Assembly (NCBI RefSeq): GCF_963921235.1
Contig: NC_086110.1
Coordinates: forward strand, 37,820,001-37,884,000
Origin: Mobula hypostoma
Lineage: Eukaryota
Direction of reading: 5' to 3'
Length of the DNA stretch: 64,000 nt
Below the pieces are notes generated by a model. It searched no databases. It worked only from the letters and a program-made list of their open reading frames with translations, and was not told the DNA's origin. Below, piece after piece: positions 24,090 to 36,559 of this stretch (position 1 is the stretch's first letter; the number at the start of each line of letters is the position of its first letter). A program made the position numbers and the translations under genes.

Positions 24090-26600
24090 TAGACAATAGA
24101 TAATAGGTGCAGGAGTAGGCCATTCAGCCCTTCAAGCCAGCACCACCATTCACTGTGATCATGGCTGATCATCCACAATCAGTGCCCTTTTCCTGCCTTC
24201 TCCCCATATCCCTTCAATCCGCTATCTTTAAGAGCTCTATCTAACTCATTTTTGAAAGAATCCAGAGAATTGGCCTCCACTGCCTTCTGAGGCAGAGCAT
24301 TCCACAGAACCACAACCCTCTGTGTGAAAAAGTTTTTCCTCAACTCCGTTCTAAATGGTCTACCCCTTATTTTTAAACTGTGGCCTGTGGTTCTGGACTC
24401 CCCCGACATAGGGAACATGTTTCCTGCCTCTAGCATGTCCAATCCCTTAATAATCTTATATGTTTCAATCAGATCCCCTCTCATTCTTCTAAATTCCAGT
24501 GTATACAACCCCAATCGCTCCAATCTTTCAACATATGACAGTCCCGCCATCCCGGGAATTAACCTCGTGAACCTACGCTGCACTCCCTCAATAGCAAGAA
24601 TGTCCTTCCTCAAATTTGGAGACCAAAACTGTACACAATATTCCAGGTGTGGTCTCACCAGGGCCCTGTACAGCTGCAGAAGGACCTCTTTGCTCCTATA
24701 CTCAATTCCCCTTGTTATGAAGGCCAGCATGCCATTAGTTTTCTTCACTGCCTGCTGTACCTGTATGCTTACTTTCAGTGACTGATCTTGCTGTACTTCC
24801 CCTTTTCCTAACTTGACACCATTCAGATAGTAATCTGTCTTCCTGTTCTTGTCACCAAAGTGGATAACCTTACATTTATCTACATTAAACTGCATCTGCC
24901 ATGCATCTGCCCACTCACCCAACCTGTCCAAGTCACCCTGCATTCTCATAACATCCTCCTCACATTTCACACTGCCACTCAGCTTTGTGTCATCTGCAAA
25001 TTTGCTAATGTTACTTTTAATCCCTTCATCTAAATCATTAATGTATGTTGTAGATAGCTGCGGTCCCAGCACTGAGCCTTGCTGTACCCCACTACTCACT
25101 GCCTGCCATTCTGAAAAGGACCCATTAATCCCTACTCTTTGTTTCCTATCTGTCAACCAATTTTCTATCCATGTCAGTACCCTACCCCCAATACCATTTG
25201 CTCTAATTTTGCACACTAACCTCCTATGTGGAACCTTATCAAAGGCTTTCTGAAAGTCCAGGTACATTACATCCACTGGCTTTCCCATGTCCATTTTCAT
25301 AGTCACATACTCAAAAAATTCCAGATTAGTCAAGCATGATTTCTCCTTCGTAAATCCATGCTGACTCGGACCTATCCTGCCACTGCTATCCAAATATGCT
25401 GCTATTATATCTTTTATAATTGATTCCAGCATCTTCCCCACCACTGATGTCAGACTAACTGGTCTATAATTGCCTGTTTTCTCTGTCCCTCCTTTCTTAA
25501 AAAGTGAGATAACATTAGCTACCCTCCAATCCACAGGAACTGATCCTGAATCTATAGAACATTGGAAAATGATTACCAATGCATCACCTCCTTAAGTACC
25601 CTGGCATGCAGAACATCAGGCCCTGGGGATTTATCAACCTTCAGTCCCATCAGTTCACCCAACACCATTTTCTGCCTAATGCGAATTTCCTTCAGTTCCT
25701 CTGTTACCCTAGGTCCTTTGGCCACTATTACATCTGGGAGATTGTTTGTGTCTTCCCTGGTGAAGACAGATCCAAAGTACCTGTTCAGCTCGTCTGCCAT
25801 TTCCTTCTTCCCCCATAATAATTTCACCCGTTTCTGTCTTCAAGGGCTCAACATTGGTCTTATCTAATTTTTTCCTCTTCACATACCTAAAGGAGCTTTT
25901 ACTATCCTCCTTTATATTTTTGGCTAGTTTACCTTCGTACCTCATCTCCGCGCCCCCCCCCCGCCATATTGCCTTTTTAGTTACCTTCTGTTGCTCCTTA
26001 AAAGTCTCCCAATCCTCTGGCTTCCCACTCATCCTTGCTATGTTATACTTCCTCTCTTTTATTTTTATACTGTCCTTGACTTCCCTTGTCATCCACGGTC
26101 GCCCCTTACTCCCCTTAGAACCTTTCTTCCTCTTTGGAATGAACTGATCCTGCACCTTCTGTATTATTCCCAGAAATACCTGCCATTGTTGTTCCACTGT
26201 CATCCCTGCTAGGGTATCTTTCCAGTCAATTTTGGCCAGCTCCTCCCTCATGGGTCCATAGTCCCCTTTGTTCAACTGTAATACTGACACTTCTGATCTT
26301 CCCTTCTCCCTCTCAAATTGTAGATTAAAGTTTATCATATTATGGTCACTACCTCCTAATGGCTCCTTTACCTCGAGTTCCCTTATCAAATCTGGCTCAT
26401 TACACAACACTAAATCCAGAATTGCCTTCTCTCTGGTAGGCTCTAATACAAGCTGCTCTAAGAATCCATCTCGGAGGGACTCCACAAACTCCCTTTCTTG
26501 GGATCCAGTACCAACCTGATTTTCCCAGTCTACCTGCATGTTAAAATCCCCTATAACAACCGTAGAATTACCTTTGCGACATGCCAATTTTAACTCTTCA
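24090..26600 (-). mobile_element. 5'-truncated CR1 (endonuclease C-half + RT)
   Basis: ORFs 25709-26626, 25573-25827, 24179-25579 with GDFN, SDHN, QHGF, YLDFQKAFD, FADDTK. Confidence 0.95.
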
Positions 26601-27170
26601 ATTAAGTGGAAAGAGATCATTTGCAATTATTTAAGAATGAGCCTTTTGTTAGATGCTTCCATATCCCCTTTTCAACAACGATGACAGGCAGAAGTTGAGA
26701 AATTATAGATCAGTAAGCCTAATATCGGTAATAGGGTAGTTATTGGGAAAAATAATCTGAGGGACAAGATTAGTTACTTCTTGCTAAAATCATAACTGCA
26801 CAGAGAGGGAAACGTGTTGACTATGTAACCATTTTCAAAATAACAGGCAATATTGAAAGACATTACAGAAGTCATTTTAGCCTGTCACATTTGCTGAATT
26901 CCTCCAGCATTATGTGTCTGTTTCTCAAGATTACCAGCATCTGCAGAATCTCATGTGTTTAAGATTGATAAGAACATTCCTGTAGAAAGCCCATCAGCCT
27001 CTGCTTGATGATTGCTTATATGCATTGTATCTCAAAGTCAGTGAGTGCATATGTGTGACAGAGATATGGAAGTTGGAGAAATGCCTTGTGTAAATGGGCC
27101 TCTTGCTCTTTCTCTCTTTGTAAATAATGTATTGTTGCTGAGAACTAATTAGTTGAATGTTCTCACAGAT

Positions 27171-27334
27171 CGTAAACACAAGAGTTTCTGCAGATGTTGG
27201 AAATTCAGTGTTTTTACGCACAAAGTACTGGATGAACTCATCAGTTCAGGCAGTATCAATGGAGAGGAATAAAGAGACATTTCAGGCTGAGACTCTTCAT
27301 CAGGACCTGACTGCTGAGTTCCTCCAGCGTTTTG
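27171..27334. mobile_element. Short asymmetric PLE fold-back insertion
   Basis: Reverse tailed arm with HHR core (minus CTGATGA..GAAATGTC) + ~30-bp forward tail-less arm; TSD TGTT(C/T)TCACAGAT at 27158-27170 and 27335-27347. Confidence 0.75.
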
Positions 27335-27681
27335 TGTTTTCACAGATGAGCTGCTTTTTACACTGAAAATAATCAGAGAGAGATGGCTAGCATGGCTTTG
27401 TCAAAGGCAGATCCTGTATGATCAATCTGATTGATTTTTCTTTGAAGAGATAACCATGTATTGATGAGGAGAGTTGTGTATATGTGGCTCACAGCGTGAT
27501 CAACAAGTTTGCAGATGACACCAAATTTGGTGAAGTTGTTGAAAGTGCGTACAGTAGTCTAAGGTTACAGGATGATATCAGTGTGTTGGTGAAATGGACT
27601 GTAAAATGATAGGAATTTAGTCCTTGTAAGTGTTAGGTAATGCATTTGGGAATATGAATGTAGTTAGGATATATACCATGA

Positions 27682-30600
27682 CGCAGGCGTGACCTGTACA
27701 AAAAGGACGGGTTACACTTGAATCCTAGGGGGACCAATATCCTGGCAGGGAGATTAGCGAGGGCTACTGAGGTGACTTTAAACTAGAATGGTTGGGGGGT
27801 GGGAATCAAATTAAAGATGCTAGGCGTGAGGAGGTTAGTTCACAACAGGGGGATGGGAACCAGTGCAGAGAGACAGAGGGGTGTAAAGTGAGGGTAGAAG
27901 CAAAAAGTACAAAGGAGAAAAGTAAAAGTGGCAGGCCGATAAATCCAGGGCAAGCATTAAAAAGGGCCACTTTTCAACATAATTGTATGAGGGCTAAGAG
28001 AGTTGTAAAAGAGCGCCTGAAGGCTTTGTGTGTCAATGCAAGGAGCATTCGTAATAAGGTGGATGAATTGAAAGTGCAGATTGTTATTAATGATTATGAT
28101 ATAGTTGGGATCACAGAGACATGGCTCCAGGGTGACCAGGGATGGGAGCTCAACGTTCAGGGATATTCAATATTCAGGAGGGATAGACATGAAGGAAGGG
28201 GAGGTGGGGTGGCGTTGCTGGTTAAAGAAGAGATTAACGCAATAGAAAGGAAGGACATAAGCCGGGAAGATGTGGAATCGATATGGGTAGAGCTGCGTAA
28301 CACTAAGGGGCAGAAGACGCTGGTGGGAGTTGTGTACAGGCCACCTAACAGTAGTAGTGAGGTCGGAGATGGTATTAAACAGGAAATTAGAAATGTGTGC
28401 AATAAAGGAACAGCAGTTATAATGGGTGACTTCAATCTACATGTAGATTGGGTGAACCAAATTGGTAAAGGTGCTGAGGAAGAGGATTTCTTGGAATGTA
28501 TGCGGGATGGTTTTTTGAACCAACATGTCGAGGAACCAACTAGAGAGCAGGCTATTCTGGACTGTGTTTTGAGCAATGAGGAAGGGTTAATTAGCGATCT
28601 TGTCGTGAGAGGCCCCTTGGGTAAGAGTGACCATAATATGGTGGAATTCTTCATTAAGATGGAGAGTGACATAGTCAATTCAGAAACAAAGGTTCTGAAC
28701 TTAAAGAGGGGTAACTTTGAAGGTATGAGACGTGAATTAGCTAAGATAGACTGGCAAATGACACTTAAAGGATTGACGGTGGATATGCAATGGCAAGCAT
28801 TTAAAGGTTGCATGGATGAACTACAACAATTGTTCATCCCAGTTTGGCAAAAGAATAAATCAAGGAAGGTAGTGCACCCCTGGCTGACAAGAGAAATTAA
28901 GGATAGTATCAATTCCAAAGAAGAAGCATACAAATTAGCCAGAAAAAGTGGCTCACCTGAGGACTGGGAGAAATTCAGAGTTCAGCAGAGGAGGACAAAG
29001 GGCTTAATTAGGAAGGGGAAAAAAGATTATGAGAGAAAACTGGCAGGGAACATAAAAACGGACTGTAAAAGCTTTTATAGATATGTAAAAAGGAAAAGAC
29101 TGGTAAAGACAAATGTAGGTCCCCTGCAGACAGAAACAAGTGAATTGATTATGAGGAGCAAGGACATGGCAGACCAATTGAATAATTACTTTGGTTCTGT
29201 CTTCACTAAGGAGGACATAAATAATCTTCCAGAAATAGTAGGGGACAGAGGGTCCAGTGAGATGGAGGAACTGAGCGAAATACATGTTAGTAGGGAAGTG
29301 GTGTTAGGTAAATTGAAGGGATTGAAGGCAGATAAATCCCCAGGGCCAGATGGTCTGCATCCTAGAGTGCTTAAGGAAGTAGCCCAAGAAATAGTGGATG
29401 CATTAGTGATAATTTTTCAAAACTCATTAGATTCTGGACTAGTTCCTGAGGATTGGAGGGTGGCTAATGTAACTCCACTTTTTAAAAAAGGAGGGAGAGA
29501 GAAACTGGGGAATTATAGACCGGTTAGCCTAACGTCGGTGGTGGGGAAACTGCTGGAGTCAGTTATCAAGGATGTGATAACAGCACATTTGGAAAGCGGT
29601 GAAATCATCGAACAAAGTCAGCATGGATTTGTGAAAGGAAAATCATGTCTGACAAATCTCATAGAATTTTTTGAGGATGTAACTAGTAGAGTGGATAGGG
29701 GAGAACCAGTGGATGTGGTATATTTGGATTTTCAAAAGGCTTTTGACAAGGTCCCACACAGGAGATTAGTGTGCAAACTTAAAGCACATGGTATTAGGGG
29801 TAAGGTATTGGTGTGGGTGGAGAATTGATTAGCAGACAGGAAGCAAAGAGTGGGAATAAACGGGACCTTTTCAGAATGGCAGGCGGTGATGAGTGGGGTA
29901 CTGCAAGGCTCAGTGCTGGGACCCCAGTTGTTTACAATATATATTAATGACTTGGATGAGGGAATTAAATGCAGCATCTCCAAGTTTGCGGATGACACGA
30001 AGCTGGGTGGCAGTGTTAGCTGTGAGGAGGATGCTAAGAGGATGCAGGGTGACTTGGATAGGTTGGGTGAGTGGGCAAATTCATGGCAGATGCAATTTAA
30101 TGTGGATAAATGTGAAGTTATCCACTTTGGTGGCAAAAGTAGGAAAACAGATTATTATCTGAATGGTGGCCGATTAGGAAAAGGGGAGGTGCAACGAGAC
30201 CTGGGTGTCATTATACACCAGTCATTGAAAGTGGGCATGCAGGTACAGCAGGCGGTGAAAAAGGCGAATGGTATGCTGGCATTTATAGCGAGAGGATTCG
30301 AGTACAGGAGCAGGGAGGTACTACTGCAGTTGTACAAGGCCTTGGTGAGACCACACCTGGAGTATTGTGTGTAGTTTTGGTCCCCTAATCTGACGAGAGA
30401 CATTCTTGCCATAGAGGGAGTACAAAGAAGGTTCACCAGATTGATTCCTGGGATGGCAGGACTTTCAAATGAAGAAAGACTGGATGAACTGGGCTTGTAC
30501 TTGTTGGAATTTAGAAGATTGAGGGGGGATCTGATTGAAACGTATAAAATCCTAAAGGGATTGGACAGGCTAGATGCAGGAAGATTGTTCCCAATGTTGG

Positions 30601-30923
30601 GGAAGTCCAGAACGAGGGGCCACAGTTTGAGGATAGAGGGGAAGTCTTATAGGACCGAGATTAGGAAAAACTTCTTCACACAGAGAGTGGTGAATCTGTG
30701 GAATTCTCTGCGACAGGAAACAGTTGAGGCCAGTTCATTGGCTATATTTAAGAGGGAGTTAGATATGGCCCTTGTGGCTACGGGGATCAGGGGGTATGGA
30801 GGGAAGGCTGGGCCGGGGTTCTGAGTTGGATGATCAGACATGATCATAATAAATGGCGGTGCAGGCTCGAAGGGCCGAATGGCCTACTCCTGCACCTATT
30901 TTCTATGTTTCTATGTTTCTATG
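27682..30923 (+). mobile_element. Young CR1 LINE: ORF1 3' end, whole ORF2, 3' UTR, (TTTCTATG)n tail
   Basis: DGLHLNPRGTNILAGRLARATEVTLN* then APE + RT; 3' stem-loop at ~30858-30896. Confidence 0.97.
27771..30824 (+). pseudogene. CR1 ORF2 (APE endonuclease + reverse transcriptase), two in-frame stops only
   Basis: ORFs starting 27792, 29850 and 30441 share one frame; stops TGA 29826-29828 and TAG 30372-30374. Confidence 0.93.
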
Positions 30924-31989
30924 AATGGCAAGGTCCTTGGGAGTGTGGATGAACAGAGGGACCTTTGTGTGCAAATATCCTCAAAGATGTCATTGAGGTA
31001 GACAACATGGTTCAAAAAGTATATGGGACCCTTGCTGTTTGTAATGTGCATGAAAGACTTGGATGTGGATAGAAGGGTTATGTTTGCACATGATACCAAA
31101 TTGGTGAAATTGTAGAAAGTGTGAAAATAATGTTGGCCCCCATTAGTCAGGACATTGAATATAAAATTCAACATCTTGAAGGATCCAAACCGCCTGGGTT
31201 CATGGACTGTTTGTCCCACTCCCATCAGGAAGAAGGCTACACAGCACCCATGCCAGGACCCCTAGACGCCAAAACAGTTACTTTCTCCAAGCCGCCAGGC
31301 TGACAATCACCTCCACCCATTAAACCACCCCACCACCAACAGCCAATCCTCACCACAGCCCCTTGGCATCCTTGATCCCTCCATCCACTGCCACTTTACA
31401 CTTACACTCCACACATCATACCTACACTGATAGTCATTGGCCTGTTGTGTTTCATATGGAACATAGAACAGAACAGAACAGGAACAGACCTCTCAGCCTA
31501 CCATGTTGTGCTGAACCAATTAAAATAGTAATCAAATGGCTAACTAAACTAAGCTCTCTGCTCATCTTTCTGTATTCCTCTTATTCATGTGCCTATCTAA
31601 ACATCTCTTAAAAGTCTTTACTGTTTCTACCCCATCCACTACCCCAGGCAGTGCATTCCAGACACCCACTACTCTCCATGTAGAAATCTTGCCCTTTACA
31701 TTTCCTTTCAAATTACCCCCCCTCACGTTAAATGCATGCCCTCTGGAATTAGACATCTTAATCCTGGAAAAAAAAGACACTGTCTGTCTACTCTTTCTAC
31801 TGTATGCCTCTCATAATCTTATAAACCTCATTCAGATCTCCCCTCAGCCTCCGCTGTTCCAGAGAAGGTAACCCAAATTTGTCCAACCTTTTGTTATAGC
31901 ACATGCCCCTCTAATCTAGGCAACATCCGGTAAACTTCATCTGCACCCTCTCCAAATACTCCAGATGTGGCCTAACTAGAGTTTTATAA

Positions 31990-32430
31990 AGAACATAGAA
32001 CATTACAGGCCCTTCGGCCCACAATGTTGTGCTGACCATGTAACCTACACTAGAGACTGCCTAGAATTTCCCTAATGCATAGCCCTCTGTTTTTCTAAGC
32101 TCCATGTACCTATCTAAAAGGAACTTAAAAGACCCTATTGTATCCACTTCCACCACAGCTGCTGGCAGTGCATTCCACGCACCCGCACTCTGTGTGAAAA
32201 ACTTACCTCTGACATCCCCTCAGTACCTATTTTCAAGCACCTTAAAACTATGCCTTGTCATGTTAGCCATTTCAGCCCTGGGAAAAAGCCTCTGACTATC
32301 TACACGATCAATGCCTTTCATCATCTTATACACCTCTATCAGGTCATCTCTCACCCTCCGCCGCTCCAAGGAGAAAAGGCCGAGTACACTCAACCTATTC
32401 TCATAAGGAACGCCCTCTAATCCAGGCAAC
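31990..32430 (-). mobile_element. 5'-truncated CR1 nested in CR1
   Basis: [25 protein letters not shown]; ATAAAG repeated at both junctions; same family as 63222-64000. Confidence 0.85.
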
Positions 32431-32669
32431 ATAAAGCTGCAACATAACTTCCTAACTTTTGAAATCAATGCCTTGACTAATAGAGACAAGCATGCCATAC
32501 AGCGTCTTAGCCACCCTATCAACCCGTGTAGCCACATTTGGGGATTTATGAATTTTGACTCCAAGAACCTTCTGCTCGTCAACACAGCCCTTAAAAGTGT
32601 ATTGTCTCTTTAAATTTGACCTACAAAGCTGCTACACTTCACATTTGTCCAGGTTAATCTCCATCTGAT

Positions 32670-34213
32670 GATTAAATGCCGACCATTCAACTAACCAGAA
32701 GAATTCTCCTTCGTGACCCTGACTACAGTTTACATACTGCCAAAGGCAGATGTAAAACATCCACTAGATGTATTGAATACCATGATTAGCAATCAAGGAG
32801 CACCCTACCCCAAAGCTTTTCAAATCATTATCAGAGACTTCAATCAAGCTTGTTTGAAGAAATCGCTGCCCAATTATCATCAACATATCACCTGCAGCAC
32901 CAGGGGCCCCAAACCACTCAACCACTGTCACACTGCGATGAGGAATGCCTACCATACCAAGCCTAGACCACATTCCATGAATCTGATCACTTGGTTGTCC
33001 TCCTCCTACCTGCATACAGGCAGAGGCTAAGGAGCAAGGCTCCAGAGGTGAGGTCGACAAAGAGGTGGTCACGAGAGGCAGTGGGGCAGCTACAGGATTG
33101 CCATGATTTGGTAGACTGAGGCATATTCAAGGACTCATCAGAGGATCACAGTTGTCACAGACTTTATAAAAACAGTGTAGGCAAGTGCGTCCCCACAAAA
33201 TCATTCAGACTCTTCCCCAACCAGAAACCCTGGATGAACCATGAGATCCACAATCTACTGATGGCTAGATCAGTGGCATTCAGGTCTGACAACTAAGTAA
33301 AGTACAGGAGATCCAGGCACAATCTCTGGGAGCCATCTCACATGTGAAGTGGCAATTCCAGACCGAACTTGAATCACTGAAGGATGCTCAACAACTGTGG
33401 CAGGCCTTGGACGCTATCATCTCCTACAAAGTGAAACCAAGTGACACAGGCGACAACAAGGCTTCGCTTGCAGGTGAGCTCAATGCCCTTTATGTTCACT
33501 TTGACCATGGAAACCCTTTCGTGAACTCCCACACCCTCCAATGACCCTGTGATTTCAGTCTCTGAGGCCAACGTGAGAGCATTCTCCAGGAGAGGGAACC
33601 CGCAGAAAGCATCCAGCCCACGTGGGGTACCTGAACGAGTACTACAGACCTGTGCTGATCAACTGGCTGGAGTGTTCACTGGGATCTTTAACCTCTCACT
33701 TCAACATTTGTAGTACCCACCTGCTTCAAGTAGGCTTCAATTACACTGGTGCTTAAGAAAAATGTGATTTGAACTGTGCCTAGCCACAGAGTTGTGGGTG
33801 TGGAGAGAGTAGGGCAGGGGCCCAGCATGCAACCTCGAGGTGCACCAGTGCTCATTGCCAGCGAGGAGGAGATGCTATTTCCAATCTGCGCTGACTGTGA
33901 TATCCCGTTGAGGAAGTCAAGGATCCATTTATAGAGGGAGATCCGAAGGGCCAGGTTTTGGAACTTGTTGATTAGTACTGAAGGTATGATGGTGTTGAAC
34001 AGCAGCCTGATGCAGGTATTGCTATTGTCTGGGTTATCCATGGCAAAGTGGAAAGCCAGTGAAATTTCATCCACTGTAGACCTGTTGTGGCAATAGGCAA
34101 ATTGCAGCAGTTCCAGGTCCTTGCTTAGGCGGGAATATTCTGGCCATGACCAACCTCTCAAATCATTTCATCACAGTAGATGTGAGTGCATCTGGGTGAT
34201 AGTCATTCAGGCT
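32670..34213. mobile_element. Rex1/Babar fragment: endonuclease/linker on + (32670-33770), RT start inverted (33770-34213)
   Basis: TVYILPKADV..DFNQACLKKSLPNYHQHITCSTRG on +; LNDYHPDALTSTVMK..LQFAYCHNRST on -. Confidence 0.8.
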
Positions 34214-35678
34214 AGAATAAGTCCTTCTGACAACTACCCCCTGTCTTCTATGGGCAAGCCAGTTCTGAATCCAGATGGCCAATTCACCATGGATCCCATG
34301 CATCTTCATATTCTGGATGAACCTCCCATGAGGGGCGTTGTCAAACACCTGCCTAAAATCGATGTAGACAACATCCATAGCTCTACCTTCATCAATCACC
34401 CTCATCACCTCATCAAAGAACTCAATTAAGTTAGTAAGACATGACTTGCCTCGCACGAAGTGGTGTTTGATCTCCTTAAGTAAGGCATGGTTTTCCAAAT
34501 TCTCATAAGTCATATCTCTAAGAAATCTCCCCGGTAAATTTCCTACCATTGATATGAGACTGACTGGTCTATAGTTTCCAGCATCATCACTGGTTCCTTG
34601 CTTGAACAATGGAACAACATTAGCTACTCACCTGTAGCTGGAGAGCACACGAAGACATTGGTCAAGGCCCCATCAATCTCTTCTCTTGCCTCTCTCAATA
34701 GCCTAGGTTATATCCCATCAGATGCTGGGGAATTACCTACCTTAATATTCTTTAAGAGACCCAAGACTACTTCCTCCTTTACCTTGAAATGCCCTGACAC
34801 ATCAATACACTCATCATGAATCTCCCTATCCTCCACATCCTTCTCTCTGTTAAATACTGATGTAAGATACTCATTAAGCACCTCACCCACATCCTCCACA
34901 TCCAAGCAAATGTTCCACCCTGGTCCTACCCTCTCCATAGTTGTTCTCTTGTTCTTGATGTATGTATCGAATGCCTTGGGATTTCTTTTTAATCCGACTT
35001 GTTAAGGACTTTTCATAGCCCTTCCTGGCTTTCCTAATTCCCTTCCTTTCTTTTCTGGTTTCTTTATAATCCTCAGGGCTTCCCAAGGTTTACATACTTT
35101 TCCTTTTCCTTCTTGACTAAATTCGTCACCTCTCTTGATCTCCAAGGTTCTCTTGCCTTGCCATCCTTGTGCTTCCTTCTAACAGGAACATGTATGTCCT
35201 GTCCTCTATGTGATTGGTCACGAAACACCCTCTGCATTTGGTTTTGTCCAATAATAGCTGTTGCCCATGTTGCAGCTAGTTCCTGTTGAATTCCCCGTTC
35301 CAATTTAATACTCTCCCACTTAACCGTACTTATTCTTATCTATATCTATCTTAAACTTTAAGGAGTTGTGGTCACTGTTCCCTAACTGCTCACCCACTAA
35401 AAGGTCAGTCCGCTGGGTAGGCTCATTACCCGACACCAGGCCCAGTACAACCCCTCCTCTTGTTGGACTATCTACATATTGATGTTTAAAAAGCCCTCCT
35501 GAGTAACAAGATCTGCCCCACCTAAACTTTTGGCACTAAGAACATCCCAATTTATATTAAGGAAGTTGAAGTTCCCCTTGACGACGCCTTTATTGATTTT
35601 ACTCCTTTTCTTAATTTGCCTACTTATCTGTTCCAGTGGATATTGGTGGTGGGGGATCTGTAGTAAATCATCTCCAAG

Positions 35679-35756
35679 CAGGGGTTCCACAACTGGGTCT
35701 TGCACCTCTTGGTTAATGGTAGTGGTCCACGGCACATAAAAAGCTGAAAACCCCTT
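35679..35756. mobile_element. Small hAT(Charlie)-like MITE remnant
   Basis: CAGGGGTT...AACCCCT inverted termini interrupting the CR1. Confidence 0.45.
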
Positions 35757-36422
35757 CATCAGAGTGATTGCTCCCTTCCTATTTTTGAGTTCTACCCATA
35801 TTAACAGTGGGTAAACCTTACACTATGTCCCCTTGGAGTGCAGCTGGGATATTGTGCCTGTAGTAATGCATTTCCCCCACCTCTTTTACCTCCCTATCCT
35901 TTCTGAAATATCAAAACCCAGGGACAGTAAGCACCCACCTGACCCTCTCTCACCAAGTCTCTGTGATGGCCACAACATCATAGTTCCATGTACTGATCAA
36001 AACTCATCACCTTTACAGATAATACTCCTAGCATTCAAATACACACACTCCAAACTCTCCATCCCAACGCATCTATTACTTTGCTCTGGCTGTTTTTATT
36101 GGTCCTGACATCTACCTTCCTCTCCATCCCTCCACTTTCTGACCTGATGCTTTGATTCCCATCCCCCTGCCAAACTAGTTTAAACCCACCCGAGTAGCAC
36201 TATTGAACCTCCAGGCCAGGATATTGGTTCCCTTCCAGTTTTGGAGCAAAGCATCCTGCTGCTACCTAGAAGAGTTCCTCTTGTTAAGAATTACTGTGTC
36301 ACTTTATCATATCCTGTCATATACTCCTGCACCTGGCATCACTTTATGTACATAACCATCAGTCTATATATAATCTAAACTAATCTTGTGTGTGCAGTAC
36401 GGCTGCACTCTAGTTACTTGTG

Positions 36423-36520
36423 CAATACACGGAACATGCTGGAGGAGCTCAGCAGGTCAAGAAGCATCTAGGAAAGGGAATTAACAGTCAACTTTTCGGG
36501 TCGAAGCCCTTCCTCAGAGG
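36423..36520 (-). mobile_element. PLE/HHR 3' remnant
   Basis: Minus strand CTGAGGAAGGGCTTCGACCCGAAAAGTTGACTG...GATGCT..CCTGCTGAGCTCCTCCAGCAT. Confidence 0.7.
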
Positions 36521-36559
36521 CTCAGTCACAGAATGACAATTAACAATCTTGAATAAAAG

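Larger units (their letters stand above)
27370..31110 (+). mobile_element. Old degraded CR1 RT fragment split by a young CR1
   Basis: CATGGCTTTGTCAAAGG..AAGTTTGCAGATGACACC before 27681; sequence resumes at ~30924 (TATACCATG|AATGGCAAGG). Confidence 0.7.
31458..36260 (-). mobile_element. Decayed CR1 from ORF1 end to 3' tail, with nested CR1, Rex1 and MITE
   Basis: (GAACA)n tail; RT pieces NYRPVSL/SCLTNLIEFF; EN pieces GNFN; ORF1 end NWKGTNILAWRFNSATRVGLN*. Confidence 0.85.

Noticed and set aside
24775-24795. Small in-frame deletion in CR1 at the same position where the neighbouring copy (23113) is truncated
   Set aside because: A single coincidence, explicable by microhomology deletion; no further support
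28157-28933. 258-aa antisense ORF and similar ones (22647, 24324, 24849, 29732)
   Set aside because: Shadow frames of CR1 ORF2; no independent evidence of coding
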